DNA of 63,353 nucleotides, counting the filler, from Choristocarpus tenellus KU-1152 (taxonomy: Eukaryota; Protista; Phaeophyceae), in the NCBI GenBank assembly GCA_964200185.2. It is 11 parts of 11 records of this genome, joined end to end, with 100 filler letters (N's around TTAATTAATTAA, not from the genome) between each part and the next. Parts side by side here need not be neighbours in the genome. Positions count along the whole stretch, not along the records: positions 26,246 to 29,040 come from CAXNAD020024691.1; positions 29,141 to 32,534 come from CAXNAD020020329.1; positions 32,635 to 41,122 come from CAXNAD020004657.1; 8 more parts are not named here. One strand, 5' to 3'. This document shows, in pieces, positions 26,246 to 39,636 of this stretch. Made by a program: the position numbers and the translations under genes. Position 1 is the first letter of the stretch. Every line of letters starts with the position of its first letter. The notes beneath the pieces were generated by a model, which was not told the origin of the DNA, searched no databases, and saw nothing but the letters and a program-made list of their open reading frames with translations.

Positions 26246-26884
26246 AGCGCAGGTCCACACATTCCAAGGGCAACCATTAGCCCTGGCCCATTTCAAGGTG
26301 GACAGGTGTCCCCCTTTAGCAGCACATACACATGTAGACCCATCCCACGGGGACCCAACAGATCTCGCCCACATCAAGATTTCCAAGTGTCCTCCTTCTG
26401 CTGCACGGGAACATGTAGCCCCATCCCATGGGCATCCATGTTCCTTGGCCCACTTCAAGACAGCAAGATATCCTCCATCTGCAGCATGGGAACATGTTTG
26501 GATATCCCAAGGGCATCCATTGGCCCTAGCCCACCTCAAGACATGTAGATGTCCCCCTCCTGCAGCTTCGGAACATGTGGTATTATTCCAGGGACAGCCA
26601 TTACTTCTAGCATAAATAAGCACCCTGAGGTTACCTCGTCTAGCAGCCAGGGCAGAGGTTCTCATCTGCCATGGGCATCCACATTTTCGGGCCCAAGTCA
26701 GCCTCGACTCTGTTTGCACTGCGGCACCTATGCTTGTCAAAGAGGGACGATCGCCCCAAGCGGCCCTCCAGATTGAAGACACTCCGCACACGAACAAAAA
26801 ATCTTCGCCAGGAATGTACTGGATAATGTACCAGACAACATTCTCGTTACGCATCGGGTCGTTGATGGCACCCCTCATGTCCAT
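26246..26884 (-). CDS. Ankyrin-repeat protein with GCPW-type repeats and F-box-like N-terminus, cut by contig end
   Basis: At least five repeats of TC..AA.GGHL..L.WAR..GCPW, intronless over the visible part. Confidence 0.88.
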
Positions 26885-29140
26885 GAACCTGGTATTATGA
26901 GCTGGAAAAAGTGAAAAAAAGGACACGAAGGTATTGTGGCACAGAGTGGAAGATCTACTCATTGACATTGATCCACCGATGTATTGCGTGAGGACCAGAT
27001 CGTTCGAGTGTGTGGTGTGGAAATAATCGATAACACTGCAATTCAAACGACGATTAGGTAGATCTCTTCTGCGCAAACGTACTTCGCAGCTGACAGCATT
27101 AATTGCTCGAGTAGGTCCTAATATTGGATAAATGTGGTAAGCAAGGTCTCCAATCCTGCAAAGCACTCTAATAACAATGTGGCAGGTAAGTACTTGAAGT
27201 TGCGTCCAATACCAACTGGTTGCTTTCCATGGACCAAGCTTGTAGGCATCATCACGGAAATACTGTACGGATAACAAGACACCATGATTAGCAGGCTGTC
27301 CGTTGCATGGCATATGCACGAGGTTCAGGGTAGGTTTATTCGAGACGGGGTAGAAAGACAACGCAGTTTCAAATCTCAGATTAAGCAATGGAGGTAATTG
27401 AGTTGTGTGAGAGGGTAGGCTTGCCACATTGCACTATCTCTTGCGCACCTAAGCTTTGCTGGAGTTTGTTGATGCGTGGTGGTGATACTAATTATATGGT
27501 GCCCACTTTGTTTGGTCAAGGTTGAAAGAGTTGACCACACTAGTTCTGAGGGAAATGGTGGAGGTTTTAGAGGTAATTCGTCGACATGGAGACGTGCAAC
27601 CCCGTGTAAATTTGTGGCTATTGGAAGATAGTGGTCTTGTGTCCAAAGGAATCCGGCAATGGGTTGGTTACCTGAGACTAGTGTGAGCAAAGTATGAGGT
27701 ACAAGGAGACCTAAGAAACACACGCGAGGAATGATACACACGGAAGTCTGCCTTCCGTGCCATTACCATAGTGATACACTCTAAACATCAGGTAAACATC
27801 TATGTCACACTTTTAAGTTCGTTTCAACGGACATCGAGCATTTGGAAGCACCCATCTAACACTGACCTTTTTTCTGGCATGATCAAACTTACATGACCAG
27901 GTACTTCCTGCAGACACAGAACGTTGCCTGGGTTTCTTACCCTGCACACTAGAGCATGCAGGGAATGGGGGATGTACACATTAGTAGGAATTGATGCACT
28001 AACGCTCCCAGATCGAACCCCCGAAACCACTTGGTTCTGAGTCCTGGGATGTCATTGATGCATGCAAACGTGCCTTTTTTCTTCACCTACAACTAGTCTC
28101 AAATATGTCGGGGGGGTTTCAAAATACTACTCTTTTGGGTCGTAACCAAAAGAACTTAGATAATATATTTGAAGTATGAATTTGGCAATGGAACAAAAAA
28201 TGAGAAATGGGGCTGTCAAATCCCGTCTATGGCAGATAGTCTCCGCCACAACGCAAGTAGCCCTGCCTAGACGTGCCATGCGTTTTAAGCTGGAGACACT
28301 AGGGAGATGGGCAAGGAGGAGCTTGTTAGATCCTTGGGGTGCAGGACTAAGCTAGGTTGGAGACACAGGAGGACAGTGGTGCAACATACTCGGTAGTATA
28401 AAATAGTAAATCGATTAACGTCTTTCACATTTATGATGACAACTGTTACGTTTTAAGAGTTTTTCTGAGATGTGAATAGTTTTCATTGAGTTTTTTTGGA
28501 AAATATCCGAGGAATAATAATATAATTACCTAAGTAGTCTTTTTCGGTTTAATTGATGGATCGGTATGACTAGAAAAGAACCCTTTGAGGGAATATTTGG
28601 AATTACTTCTACGATTGGAGATAAATTCAATATGTCAGAATAATATCAAAAAGTTTGTCTCTTTAAAAATCCTTCTATTTGCTTTAAAAACTGTGTAATG
28701 AGAGGAAACATATTTGATAATAGGTGTACGACCTATTCTCTTTAGCGCCCATTCTTTTGTTAGTGTATTTATATTTTCAGATAATAACATATCTACCTCT
28801 TTTTTTTATTTTCAAAACAAATCAAATTTTTTGTTTGCTTATCTTTATAAATCCATGTTATATAATAATTGTACAGTTTTCAAGAGGATTTTTTATATGA
28901 GAGTAATAGGGAACAGGTAATGAAATAGTAAGTTGTGTAGTATGGAGTGTGATGAGAAGTATTAGTAGGTGATGGAGAATGAAGTGGACGAAGGGGTTGA
29001 ACACAAGGTTAGGAGGGACCTCAAGTGGTCCACTCTACAANNNNNNNNNNNNNNNNNNNNNNNNNNNNNNNNNNNNNNNNNNNNTTAATTAATTAANNNN
29101 NNNNNNNNNNNNNNNNNNNNNNNNNNNNNNNNNNNNNNNN

Positions 29141-31247
29141 CAAGAACAAGGACCCAGGGGAAACCAGCCCGCGGGGGGGGGCCGGGGGGGGGCGGGGGGG
29201 GGGGGGGGGGGGAAGGGGGATGTGATGGAGGCTGTGACCCCATGCATACTACCTGACCTCCGTGAGGTGGTGCAATTGTCGGTGTGCAGCCCCCGCTACT
29301 TCCTTGTGCAACTGGACTTTGTGAAGGACCCAGGGATGCGTGTTGCCCTTCAGCGCCACTGCACTATTTATGTCAAGCGCAGGACTGGACACCTTTCATA
29401 CAAGAATGTGAGGGATCAAGCATTGATGTAGGGGGAATTGTCAACTTACCTTCAGTGGCTGATGCAGCACCTTGGAGTGTATTGGTTGTCATGTCTCTTT
29501 GTCAATCACACCGTTGCTGTGCTGCCTCTTCCTCCCCCTTCATTAATTAGTGATGGATGTTGTTTGTGTGTGTGTGTACCTATACCTGTGTATCTGCAAT
29601 CCTGATGTTCCAGGGCATGCTGTCTTTGAAATTTGGCCCATGGTTCAGAATACACAGTGTGTGAGCGCATGAACATTCCCACCTCAATTTCCTGCAATTG
29701 CTTTCTGCCGAACAAGCTTGCCCTGGTCTACCCACTGCTCATTGATGCTGGGCTTGACCTCATCCAGTTGTCACTGTTGCAACGAATCCTCCTTGTGTTT
29801 CACCTGTCCACACCCTCCCCTCCTTGCCACATTTCTTGTTTCCTTGCTCATCACCCTCAACTCCCCCCACCTTTCTTCACTCTACCCTACCTTTATGCAG
29901 GACCCTCATGCCCTGCGTTCACTCCTCTTTCAGAGCTTCCCCACCCAGATCGATCCTCATCCACTCCGTACAGACAGTCAGAGAAGTCCTCACTATCAAG
30001 GTGGAGACATTGAGGGCATTGGGCACAGCCACAAATGTAGCCCTGAGGGTGGACGGCAAGACATCCGTGCTCAGAGCAAGGAAGGTTTTTTGTCAACCTT
30101 CACAGAAGATCCCCATCTACTCAACTTTGCTAAGTTTTTTTGCAATGACACAGGAGTGGGGGTAGATGAATCGCCTCAAGAGGATGATGGGGTTGGGGGT
30201 GGAGTTGGTGGAAGTAGACAAGGCACTGGGCTCCTTTCAGGAGCAAGGCTCATGCCGAGGGCTCTTCTACCTTATTCAGGCATGGTTGCCGCCAATACGA
30301 TGGCCGAGAGGGGAAGAGAAGGGGCGAGAGGTATAAGTCATAAGCATGACCCAAGTGCCTTGGCCCAGTTCTTCAGTGGAGCTCTTCTAGAGTGCCTTGC
30401 TGCTGGAAAAGCTGAGGCACTGGATCTTCACCTTAGGCTGTGCCATGCGGTCATCACTGCCCGCTGGAGTGCTGATTCCTGTTCTGCTTGGAGCCTGCGT
30501 CTTGCCATGGACTATGGGAGAGGTAGTGCCTTGCAGCACATGCTAGCAGAGGACGCAAGTATTGCTGCCATCACTGCTACGTCCTCTGCCCTATCCTCAC
30601 CGGGGGCAGGAACAGGCCCAACTGAGGGGTTGGGGAGAGCTGAGGATCAAGGTAAGATAAGGTTGGGAAATAAGGTGGTGGGGGGTGCTCAGGCCAGAGG
30701 TGATGTTCAGAGCAGGGTTGGGGAAACGGTTGGTCGGCACCAAAGTCAGGGGTGGGAGAAGGACTCAGAGAACCCCCCACAGGACTTTGCACTCCTTCAC
30801 AAGGACCTGCTGGCATCACTTGAGGTCCAAATGGACACGTTCTTCCGCTTAGTTGGATTTGGCAATGAGGGTCATGACGAAGGAGGAATGGGTGGGAAAG
30901 GGAAGAGGAAGGCAAGGGCAGCCGAATTAGATTCAACAATCTCCTCAACACGAGGAGTTGGACCATTGGAAAGGTACTTCCTCAAGGGAGGGGAGTTCCC
31001 AGGCGGAGGCGGGGAGGAGGGGGAGTGCACTAGCAACCCTGGTTTTGAACGATTGTTTGGTGCATTCCTATCTTACTTTGGTGTGCCCCCGCCCTCAACC
31101 CTGGAGTGTGCTCTGAGCAATGGTCCGCGGTCATTGTCAGATCTTGAGCTTGCAGATGCACCAGCAATTCTGCGTGCATTACCATTCTTGTCCCCTGCTG
31201 CAGTCTTGAGCATAATCCATTGTTCTGGAGTCACTACTTCTAGGTGA
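29141..31247 (+). CDS. APC1: Anaphase-promoting complex subunit 1, 3' part
   Basis: Exon ending 29407 spliced to 29901-31247 gives TPCILPDL..SPRYF..IYVKRRTGHLSYKN|DPHALRSLL..FTEDPHLLNFAKFFC..FFSGALLECL, collinear with the APC1 C-terminus. Confidence 0.9.
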
Positions 31248-32949
31248 AACTTGTCTTTGACCATGGAAGAGAGTAGTGGTACACATAGTGGAAGGGAACT
31301 AGAGTGCAGAGGTGTGTCATGTCACAGGGATTAGGGGGGGTAGGGAGAAGGAGAAGTAGGCTGCACCAAGAAGACCAGATTTTAAGAAGCAACTTGGCGC
31401 TGGGAATTTTGTTTTGTTTATATTTGTATCTTGGAGTAGATGTCTACTGCACTAGAACCACACCTTGATGGCACACAGGCTGTGTGGCCATGTTGTATTA
31501 TCCTCTCTATAGAGTCATTTTTCTCCAGGGATAGGGCATACCTTGTTTTGCTACCTATACATGAGATTGTTTTTTTGCCATTGATTTTATTCTCCCTCTG
31601 ATCCTGCTGGAGTATTCACTTAGCTGGTGTTTACCCCCTGAAGTATTTTACGTTTGGTGTAGTTGGCATGAAGTTGACACTAGCAGTGGGCCTCATGTGG
31701 TTGCTATTGGAATTGTGCATACGAAGAGCAAGAATCACGACCTGCTGCAACAAAAGCACACCATCTACCTCATTGTAGGGGCTGTGTTGTACATGTAGTA
31801 GTGGGTGCTGATACTGTTATGATGCTGAGGTCTATTTGTAGTTGAGAGCAATTCTGGCATCAAGTATATCAAGAGTAAGGATGCCAGGGGCGTCAAGCCT
31901 GCTTTCCACAATCTGTAACAAGCGAGAATTCGTCAATCAGCCCCTGCTTCAAGTACACAATTATGATACGACCTGGCTTACTATTTGCATGTAACAAGTG
32001 TCCAACACTTTTGTTTTGCATGGCAGGGTCCACTCATGGGATATGGGATGGGATGGGGTGTGTTGATGGTCTTTCCGCATTTGCATGCAAGGCATCATGC
32101 ATGTGTATATACTAAGCTATCTGTGCTTGGGAGTGTAAAGTATACCTGTGCTTAGTGATATGTAGTGGGCCAACGTAAACGAGAGTTAGCCCATTTTTTT
32201 AATCTTTTGCGATTCACTCATATTATATATATTATGTATATATGCGTTGTGCCATGTTTGACTTAAGAGTGTTGATTTCTCTGTTGTTTGAAACTTTTCG
32301 ACACAATTCGGAGAATGTCCTGTACGCATTTTATTTGTAAAAAAAGTCGAAATTTGTACATATTTGCTAGCATCCTTCAAATGCAACTCTTGGTACCTCT
32401 CGTTTACTTCGACTCAGTGTCGTTCATGTACATAATGATATCACTCATGGCAACAATAAACAGCGGATTCTCAAAATTGAGGATGGAGCATACTATGGAG
32501 GATGGGTTTGACCCAAAATTGACTGGGAAAAGTGNNNNNNNNNNNNNNNNNNNNNNNNNNNNNNNNNNNNNNNNNNNNTTAATTAATTAANNNNNNNNNN
32601 NNNNNNNNNNNNNNNNNNNNNNNNNNNNNNNNNNGCCCGAATGGACACCCTGATGTAGATCCCTCCCCCCCCCCAGATACTTTGAGCCGCTTTCAGTATC
32701 ACTACTGGGGGTTGGCATGTTGCTGCACGGTCCAAAGAGTTCGTATTCGAAAGTGAGCATGCATTGGTCCATTCAAACTTGATGGCAATGTTGGATTGTA
32801 TTGGTTCTGTCATGTCAAGGTTACCAATTCATATTGTCTAGTCAAAATAATAGTAGTGGTTGTAAGTTTGGATGGTAGGAGGTGTGGTTAAAATGTATTT
32901 ATACTGATAGAGTGGCTCCAGTGTCGTTACCCCTTGATAAACATTTAAC

Positions 32950-33258
32950 TTACTATTACAATTATAATTAGTATTACTATTACTATTACTCTACTGCTAC
33001 TGCTGCTGCTACTACTACTGCTACTACTACTACTACTATTACTAACACTATTACTATTGCTACTACTACTTCTATTACTACTACTACTACTATTACTATC
33101 ACTATTGCTATTATCATTGCTATTGCTATTACTATTGTTACTGCTATTACTATTACTATTACTATTACTATTACTATTACTAATAAAATTGCTATTACTA
33201 TTGCTGTTACTGTTACTGTTACTGTTACTAGTACTAGTACTAGTAACAGTACTGTTGT
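32950..33258 (+). repeat. Degenerate trinucleotide microsatellite (TAC/TAT/TGC/TGT)n
   Basis: Low-complexity tract that creates the poly-Leu ORF. Confidence 0.92.
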
Positions 33259-33449
33259 AGACTAATGTATCGGAATCAGATGGGTGCTGGAAGTAGTGGG
33301 GAAAAGATACAGGAGAAGCTCACTAGGAACTATTGGGTTTTTATAACAGATGGGTTGGTACCAGGAAACACAGTAGCACTGCCCATTCCAAGCACGATGA
33401 TGTCAGGGAGAATTATGACAGTAGATACAAGGCAATGTCATGGTAGCAC

Positions 33450-36400
33450 CTGTTGATGTGTACTTTCCAACTGTGCTCTCCATCTGAGAAGCCAGTTGTG
33501 GCACGGATGGCACTCCATTTCTTGTTGACATCATTTGTTACTGTTAGGTTGGAGTTTGATAACCGCAGATGTTCCCCTCGACCTTCTGGATCTAGCATGA
33601 AAGGAATCTGTGGAGGGGTTGCAACATAGACTCCAGCCCACCACCCTTCCCCCCCATTTGCACTAACTCCTGAGCCTCCAATGCTGGCACTCTCACAAGC
33701 TGTGGACAGCCACTCCCCCCCTGCCCCACCTACGGTGTCCAAGTCTGTACCGTCACTAGCACCTTCTCTCAACTCAGCTACAACACGCAGGGATGATGTC
33801 AAGCTGGCCGTTCCGTGTGTTGCGCCACTATCAGTATTTCCGTCCCCTTCACTCTCGGAGACAGCAGAAGCTCCGGGACCAGTTCCTGCACTGGTGCCTT
33901 CATCTGTGTGATCATCGCAGGCATCTATAGCATCCCACATGTTGCGGAGTTTTAGTGCCCCACTTTCTTCTAGACAATCTTCCACTTCCATAGCTCCCCG
34001 GTCCTCTCCTGGACACTGCAATGTTGCATTGCCACTCAGGTCTGGCACCCTAGCTTTTACTGAGCTGGTGATAGGCGTTCTTGGTGGGTGGTGTTCCAGA
34101 CGGAACATATACCGTGTGTCAGGAATCAGTGATCTGACTGTGAAGCAACCATGTGGTTCAAGGTTATGCGCTAGAATACAAGTTTCCCCTGAGCTCCACA
34201 GACCTCGAATGGTCACCTACAAAAGGGTCGAACGGAACTTGCAGGTGAAGGTAGGAAATAGCTCAAGGGAAGAAACAAGAGCCTAGAGACAATAAAGGTG
34301 GATGTCATGTGCATAAGCTGATTATAGAGAGCATGAGCCTTGTCATAAGGGACTATGCACAGTATTGCTATGGTGTGGCTTCCCCTGTCTCCATATGCAG
34401 TGAATATCTGGTTTGGTGATACCATGCTTTTGCAGAAGGTCAGCTGAGTTGTATTACATAGAACAAATGGCTATGAGGAGTACTGAGGATTTGCTCCAAG
34501 TTCGTATTATTTTCTCTTAGGATGAATACTGCCAGTGAGGGATGCTCCCCAAGATGGGTAGCACAACAAAGTGCCCATTAGACTCCGTGTTACAAACTGC
34601 TGCTATGTGGAATGAAATAATGTCATTTTTTGGGGGGAATCATGGTACGATATTCATACTCTGAATTACGATTTCCCGCACTCAAATGACATATCTAAGC
34701 AGTCAGGATACCAGTCAAGCTCAAGAGTTTTCACCAAAGCTATCTTTGTTGAGTTTTATTTCATGCAGGCCCACTGCACTAGTATTGTGACCATAAAGCA
34801 TTCATGAGACGATGTAATTCAGCTACAAAAATATCAATGCGATCGATTAAGACTAAGATGCACACACAGTTTATGAATGGAGGTGTGTGAATTGCCGAGT
34901 TCCAAGAGCCACATGTGCAACGGCACCCACAAAAAAAACAGCTATCGAAAATTATCCCTCAATTTTCGGCATTGATTGGTAAAGATATGATTGAACGATA
35001 GCAACTCAATTGCTATGATTCACAACAGTATGCCACAGGGAGTAAACACAAGGTAAACGCGGAATTAGGTGTATTGCCTGATAGTGAAACAATTGGGGCG
35101 TAGTTTATCATTTTGTTAAATTGCACACTGCAGTTGATCCAACTCCAACCACTCCTACCTCAAAGAAATGACATACATGTAGCCATTGAGGTTATGGTGG
35201 ATCTACTATCAAGTCAAGACTCAATATCCATTGTGTGGACAGTTCAATAGGCTTGTACCATTGACTGCGCATAGTGTTGCAACTTAGGATTTGAAGAACC
35301 CTACTTTGTATTGCAGGGCATGTAGTTGTCCATACAACATGAATGAGAAGTGTTTTGAAAATCTGTTGAGCGACATTGTGTGTTACAGTTTTTTTACTAT
35401 TGAGCACATGGCAGATACTCTATTCTTTATAGATGTGGAGGTGTGAGGCGATTATATGTATGCCTCCTATATTGCCATGGCCTTATCCCTCTCCTTTGAT
35501 GTACGGTTGTTGCACATTATGCAGACATACCATCTGGTGCTTAGACACCTGCCGGCAGGTGCCAGTGGTATGTATGCTGGTCCTTGGCAGTCAAGAACAG
35601 AACAGAGCAGGGTTTCGACCGAGCTGGGCAGTGTATCTTCCTAGAATGTGATCCAAAAGAAACTGCTTGGGTATCATTTACTGGAGGTTCCTCCACAAAT
35701 GCACCAGTTCGTGCCTGATTCGAGTATTACACCCTCACCGCAAGGCTGAGGAACCTGCTCTAAGGAATATCTTTCTCGTCATCTATGCTGCCCTCACCTG
35801 TAGCACCCAGTCTCGCTCCAGCGGAACTTTATTGTGACTAGAGCTGACCATCTTGGTTCTATGATCCTTAGCGAGCTTGGTCAAGCATTCCTGACCCTCT
35901 CTGTCCGTACCTTGTACAGTAGTGCCGACTGTTGAGCGACCAGCAGACTCCTCTGGGTCCCCCTCCACCCAACTGGTCCAACTCAGAGACACTGTTGTCG
36001 GTGTAGTTTCCTCAACAGAGAGGACCACAGCAGGACATGCTGTGGATTTTGTTGGACTGGAGAATGACGACACAAGACTATCACACGTATTTGGTCTCCC
36101 TGTTTCAGCTGAAATTGGTGTTTCAAGATGTACCCCCCTTCTGCAATTCCCCAGCAATATCTTACACGAGTGGGGTTCATCTCGAGACACACCAACATTT
36201 TCTTGGTATTCAAAGTTCAACATAATGCATTCACCAGTCAAACCTGGTACTCCACTGCTTAGGATATTTGATCCACAATTGACAGACAACAATGACCTTT
36301 CATTTCTCTCCGAGACATCGTGTCTGTACTGCCACCCAGCAAGGAGTTCTAGCAAGCTCTGCAAGAGTGGCGAAAAAAGATTGCACATGGAGCTCTCCTG

Positions 36401-38800
36401 ACGCAACTGCCCAGCAAAGGCCAGCAGGAGAGCTCGCTTTACCTGCACTGGCAAGGTAGCTTCATTAAACCTTGGAGAGGAACAAGACTGTGCTCCGCTT
36501 GTAGTAGAAATGCCCTCATTGCTGCACTCTATTTCCCTCTGATGCTTTGACACCAGGAAAGATGTGTGCACCAAGTTGGTACACAGATGGTAGGCTAGGT
36601 GACGCGTGTGAGAGGATATCTTCCTTGAAGCGGCTGCTTTAAATATGCTTTTGAAGGTATCAAGCGACAAAGCTGACCTTGTTACCACATTGATAGCGGC
36701 AAGGGAAAGTAAAACCTCAGGTTGATATCTTTGTTTTCTCCTGGGGTCATCTTCACCATCATTGTCATCAGCTTCCAGCAGGCCAAGTTTCACTTTGGAG
36801 CACTGCTTGGCTGCTCCTGTCATGATTGTTTCTAATACCCAGACGGCCCAAGGAAGATTGGGTTTGCCTGTGCTGCCCTCCTCTTCAATTACCATCTTAA
36901 AACAAGCTGCTGCTTCACTGATAAGCCGTGTTAAAAATCGTGGCAGAGCAGCAAGCCATCCGAATGAACTCATCTCCTTCGTGCTGCTTGTGCTTTTGCC
37001 TGTTGTCCGGTTAGGGTTAGGGTCGATCGCCTGCAGCTGTGCCAGTTCAACCCCACAGACCTCAATGACATCGACTGGGCAAGTGAGAAACTCGAGAAGT
37101 ATATGCAATGTCTTACTGTAACACCTGCATGAGCATGGGGCAACGGGATATGCTAGGTAAGCAAAAAGAATAGAATACCAACGTTTTATACTCCAAAGTG
37201 ATATTCGGCTGCCATGGAGTACCTGGAGTGTTGTCGAAGAGCTAGAGCATCTTGCGCATCCACATAACAGCGCATATCCAGGTTCCCCAAAGATGAATTC
37301 ACGCAGTTGCTCAGGGCCAAGTCCTTCCAATGGGTTGTAGTTGCCAATGGCTGAAGTGCTGACTGAAGCATGTCCTCCAGCAAGTTTTGCGGTGGAGCAG
37401 CTTGCCTAGTGCACGCAAAAAAAACACCATAAAAAAGCAAAAAAAAAGATGCGAATGACCATGTAGATTGGCTGTAAAATTTCTTCCAAGGACAGGATTT
37501 GCATTCTTCTGCCTATGGTGTGGTTCTTGTAGTCTGCTAGGGATTCAAATGGCGTGTGAGGCATACTGTTAGCTGGCCTGCTGTAGTCACCTTCAATGTT
37601 CTGAATATTCCACAACAAGTGTTTTTTGCACTTCAAGTATAAGGCTCTACATACTGGTGTACTGTACAAATGTATACTTCGAGTAGTTTCTAGTTGATGG
37701 ACAGTAACTTATGCATACCGCGCAAGATCCCATTCCGCCCTTTTCTATCTTTGCCTACCAAGGTGTTGCCAGCTTCATCACTTCGAGTAGATGACCCTGA
37801 CATTTAGGTGCTAGCAGTTCCCTCAGAATCTCATGCAGGAGCTCAAGTCTCTCAATCACTTTGGTGCCTCCTACGTTTGCCTCCCTGGACTCTTCCCTTC
37901 CTGTTTCCCTGTGCATACTTGCAGGACTCTGCCCAATGACTACAGGGAGTACACACTCTCCCATTACTGATTCAGGGTGGTGTTGTTGGATAGGGGTTGA
38001 AGATTGGGAAAAGGTCCTGGGTCCTCGACTGTCCCTATGGTTGTTGAGAGCCGGTAATACAGCATGGTTCAACAGGTTGGTGATGGTCGTGCGAGCAAAA
38101 AGTATGGGGAGGGCTGTGTCCAGAACCAGACTGAGTACACAGAGCTCATTCTGATCTGCACAAAGGCATGCCTCCAGGAGACGGCATGGGGATCTTGCGA
38201 CTGTGGTGGGGTGGGTGCAGGGTGTGATGCCATGTCCTGTTGAAGGGATTTCATGGCTGACTTGCCCTGAGCTGTTCCGCTCTCCATTTCTAGTGGAACA
38301 GTACAAGCGTTATGATTGTGTTGGAAGTTTGGTGAGATGAGAAGAGTAATAAAAGTATGTTGATAAAACGAGTCCACTCCAGTGAGTCTGTACCTACCAA
38401 TCGGTTGTCAGTAACAGCCATACGCTGAACATTGAGTGCCATTCCCTGCTCTTGGGTACAGTGATTGTTTTGGTGGAACATTGAGGACACAATGCAGGGT
38501 AGTTACATCAGCTTGTTGCGACATCTGGGCTGGGTTTGAAGTTGGGTTTGGAGCTAGTGCAGGTGAGAGCGTTAGGGTAAACAAACGATATTCTCTCTCT
38601 CATACCTGCGCAAGGAGCTCGAATCCCCTTGATCTTTGTCAAAATCTTCAATCCTGCATTGCATCATGTTGGAGTACCCTTCTCTGCTACGCCCTAGGCT
38701 CTCAGAGACACGGCCGTCTTCCTCATGATTGCTCACCCTATGTCCACTGTCTTCATTGTACTCTTCAGTCACATCTTTATGGACATAACCAAACACAACA
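33450..38800 (-). CDS. Internal fragment of a large multi-exon protein with fibronectin type III and SPRY/B30.2 domains (possible giant E3 ubiquitin ligase)
   Basis: Exons at about 38185-37759, 37406-37222, 37124-35798 and 34216-33450. FN3-like LSVEETTPTTVSLSW...FTVRSLIPDTRYMFRL and SPRY start HLRLSNSNLTVTNDVNKKWSAIRATTGFSDGEHSWKVHI. The E3 role is inference only. Confidence 0.72.
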
Positions 38801-39049
38801 AAACTCATTTGAAGATTTTTTGGGTGTGATACAGTTGAAATTGTGGAGGCTATTCTGTGCTTTGAGCACGGTATTTTGGACCTTGTCCTTCGTGCTGCAT
38901 TTTGCTGGAATTTATTCCATAATTGAAGTCAGCAATGCCTTCAAGGAGTAGCAACTGAATGCTGCAGGTTGTATTCAAGGTCCAGTCCATCAGAAAGGCA
39001 GTATGGCTCAATCATATTAATTCTTCTGCAGTTAGATCAGGGTAGCCTT

Positions 39050-39310
39050 GAGTCAAAGTAAGGGAGAGGTACCCAGAGTCGCATTTTAAGGACGCTGACA
39101 AATATGTCCGAAATCTAGTTGTTTTTTTATAAATACATGGAGGACCTTTTCTGAATTCTGTCAGAAAGTCCTATATAATAGAGAAATCAATGCTCTGAAG
39201 TCAAACTTAGGACTTCAATAACAGAAATATGGCTGAACTGCGAAAGATTAGAAAAATGTCTTAAAATGTAAAACAGTCAAAACCTGGGTACCCCTTCCTT
39301 ATTTCAACTC
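39050..39310. mobile_element. MITE family B (about 260 bp), 27-bp imperfect TIR, 3-bp TSD CTT
   Basis: CTT|GAGTCAAAGTAAGGGAGAGGTACCCAG ... CTGGGTACCCCTTCCTTATTTCAACTC|CTT. A related terminus lies at 60270-60298. Confidence 0.8.
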
Positions 39311-39366
39311 CTTGCCCAATTGAACAACAATTACAAGCGTGAGCTGAAACCTCAAGCACAATGTTT

Positions 39367-39636
39367 GTGTGAGAGTATCTTAGAAGGCACGAGTTTTTCC
39401 CTGTTTATCCATTTGGGACTTGGCTTCCCACGGGTTTTTAATGACATTTTACCTACTCCAAAATGTTACTCCGAAATGTTTCGGAGTAGGGAAATGTATA
39501 CGTTATGAGGAGTGTGTCTGGAACAAGGATATTGACACTTCCTAACAAACACTATAGCCAAAATTACATCAAAATTGCAACATTGGATTTTGACTCCCAA
39601 ACGGACGCGGCTCTACCCTCTGAGATACTTTGACTC
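39367..39636 (+). mobile_element. MITE family A copy, TSD TTT
   Basis: Homologous to the copies at 40908, 49377, 49735 and 50609. Ends TACCCTCTGAGATACTTTGACTC. Confidence 0.85.

Noticed and set aside
26885-27427. N-terminal 180 aa of the 409-aa ankyrin ORF
   Set aside because: No recognisable domain and contains a polypyrimidine/AG acceptor. Probably intron or UTR that is open by chance.
33057-33260. Poly-Leu ORF
   Set aside because: Translation of a microsatellite.
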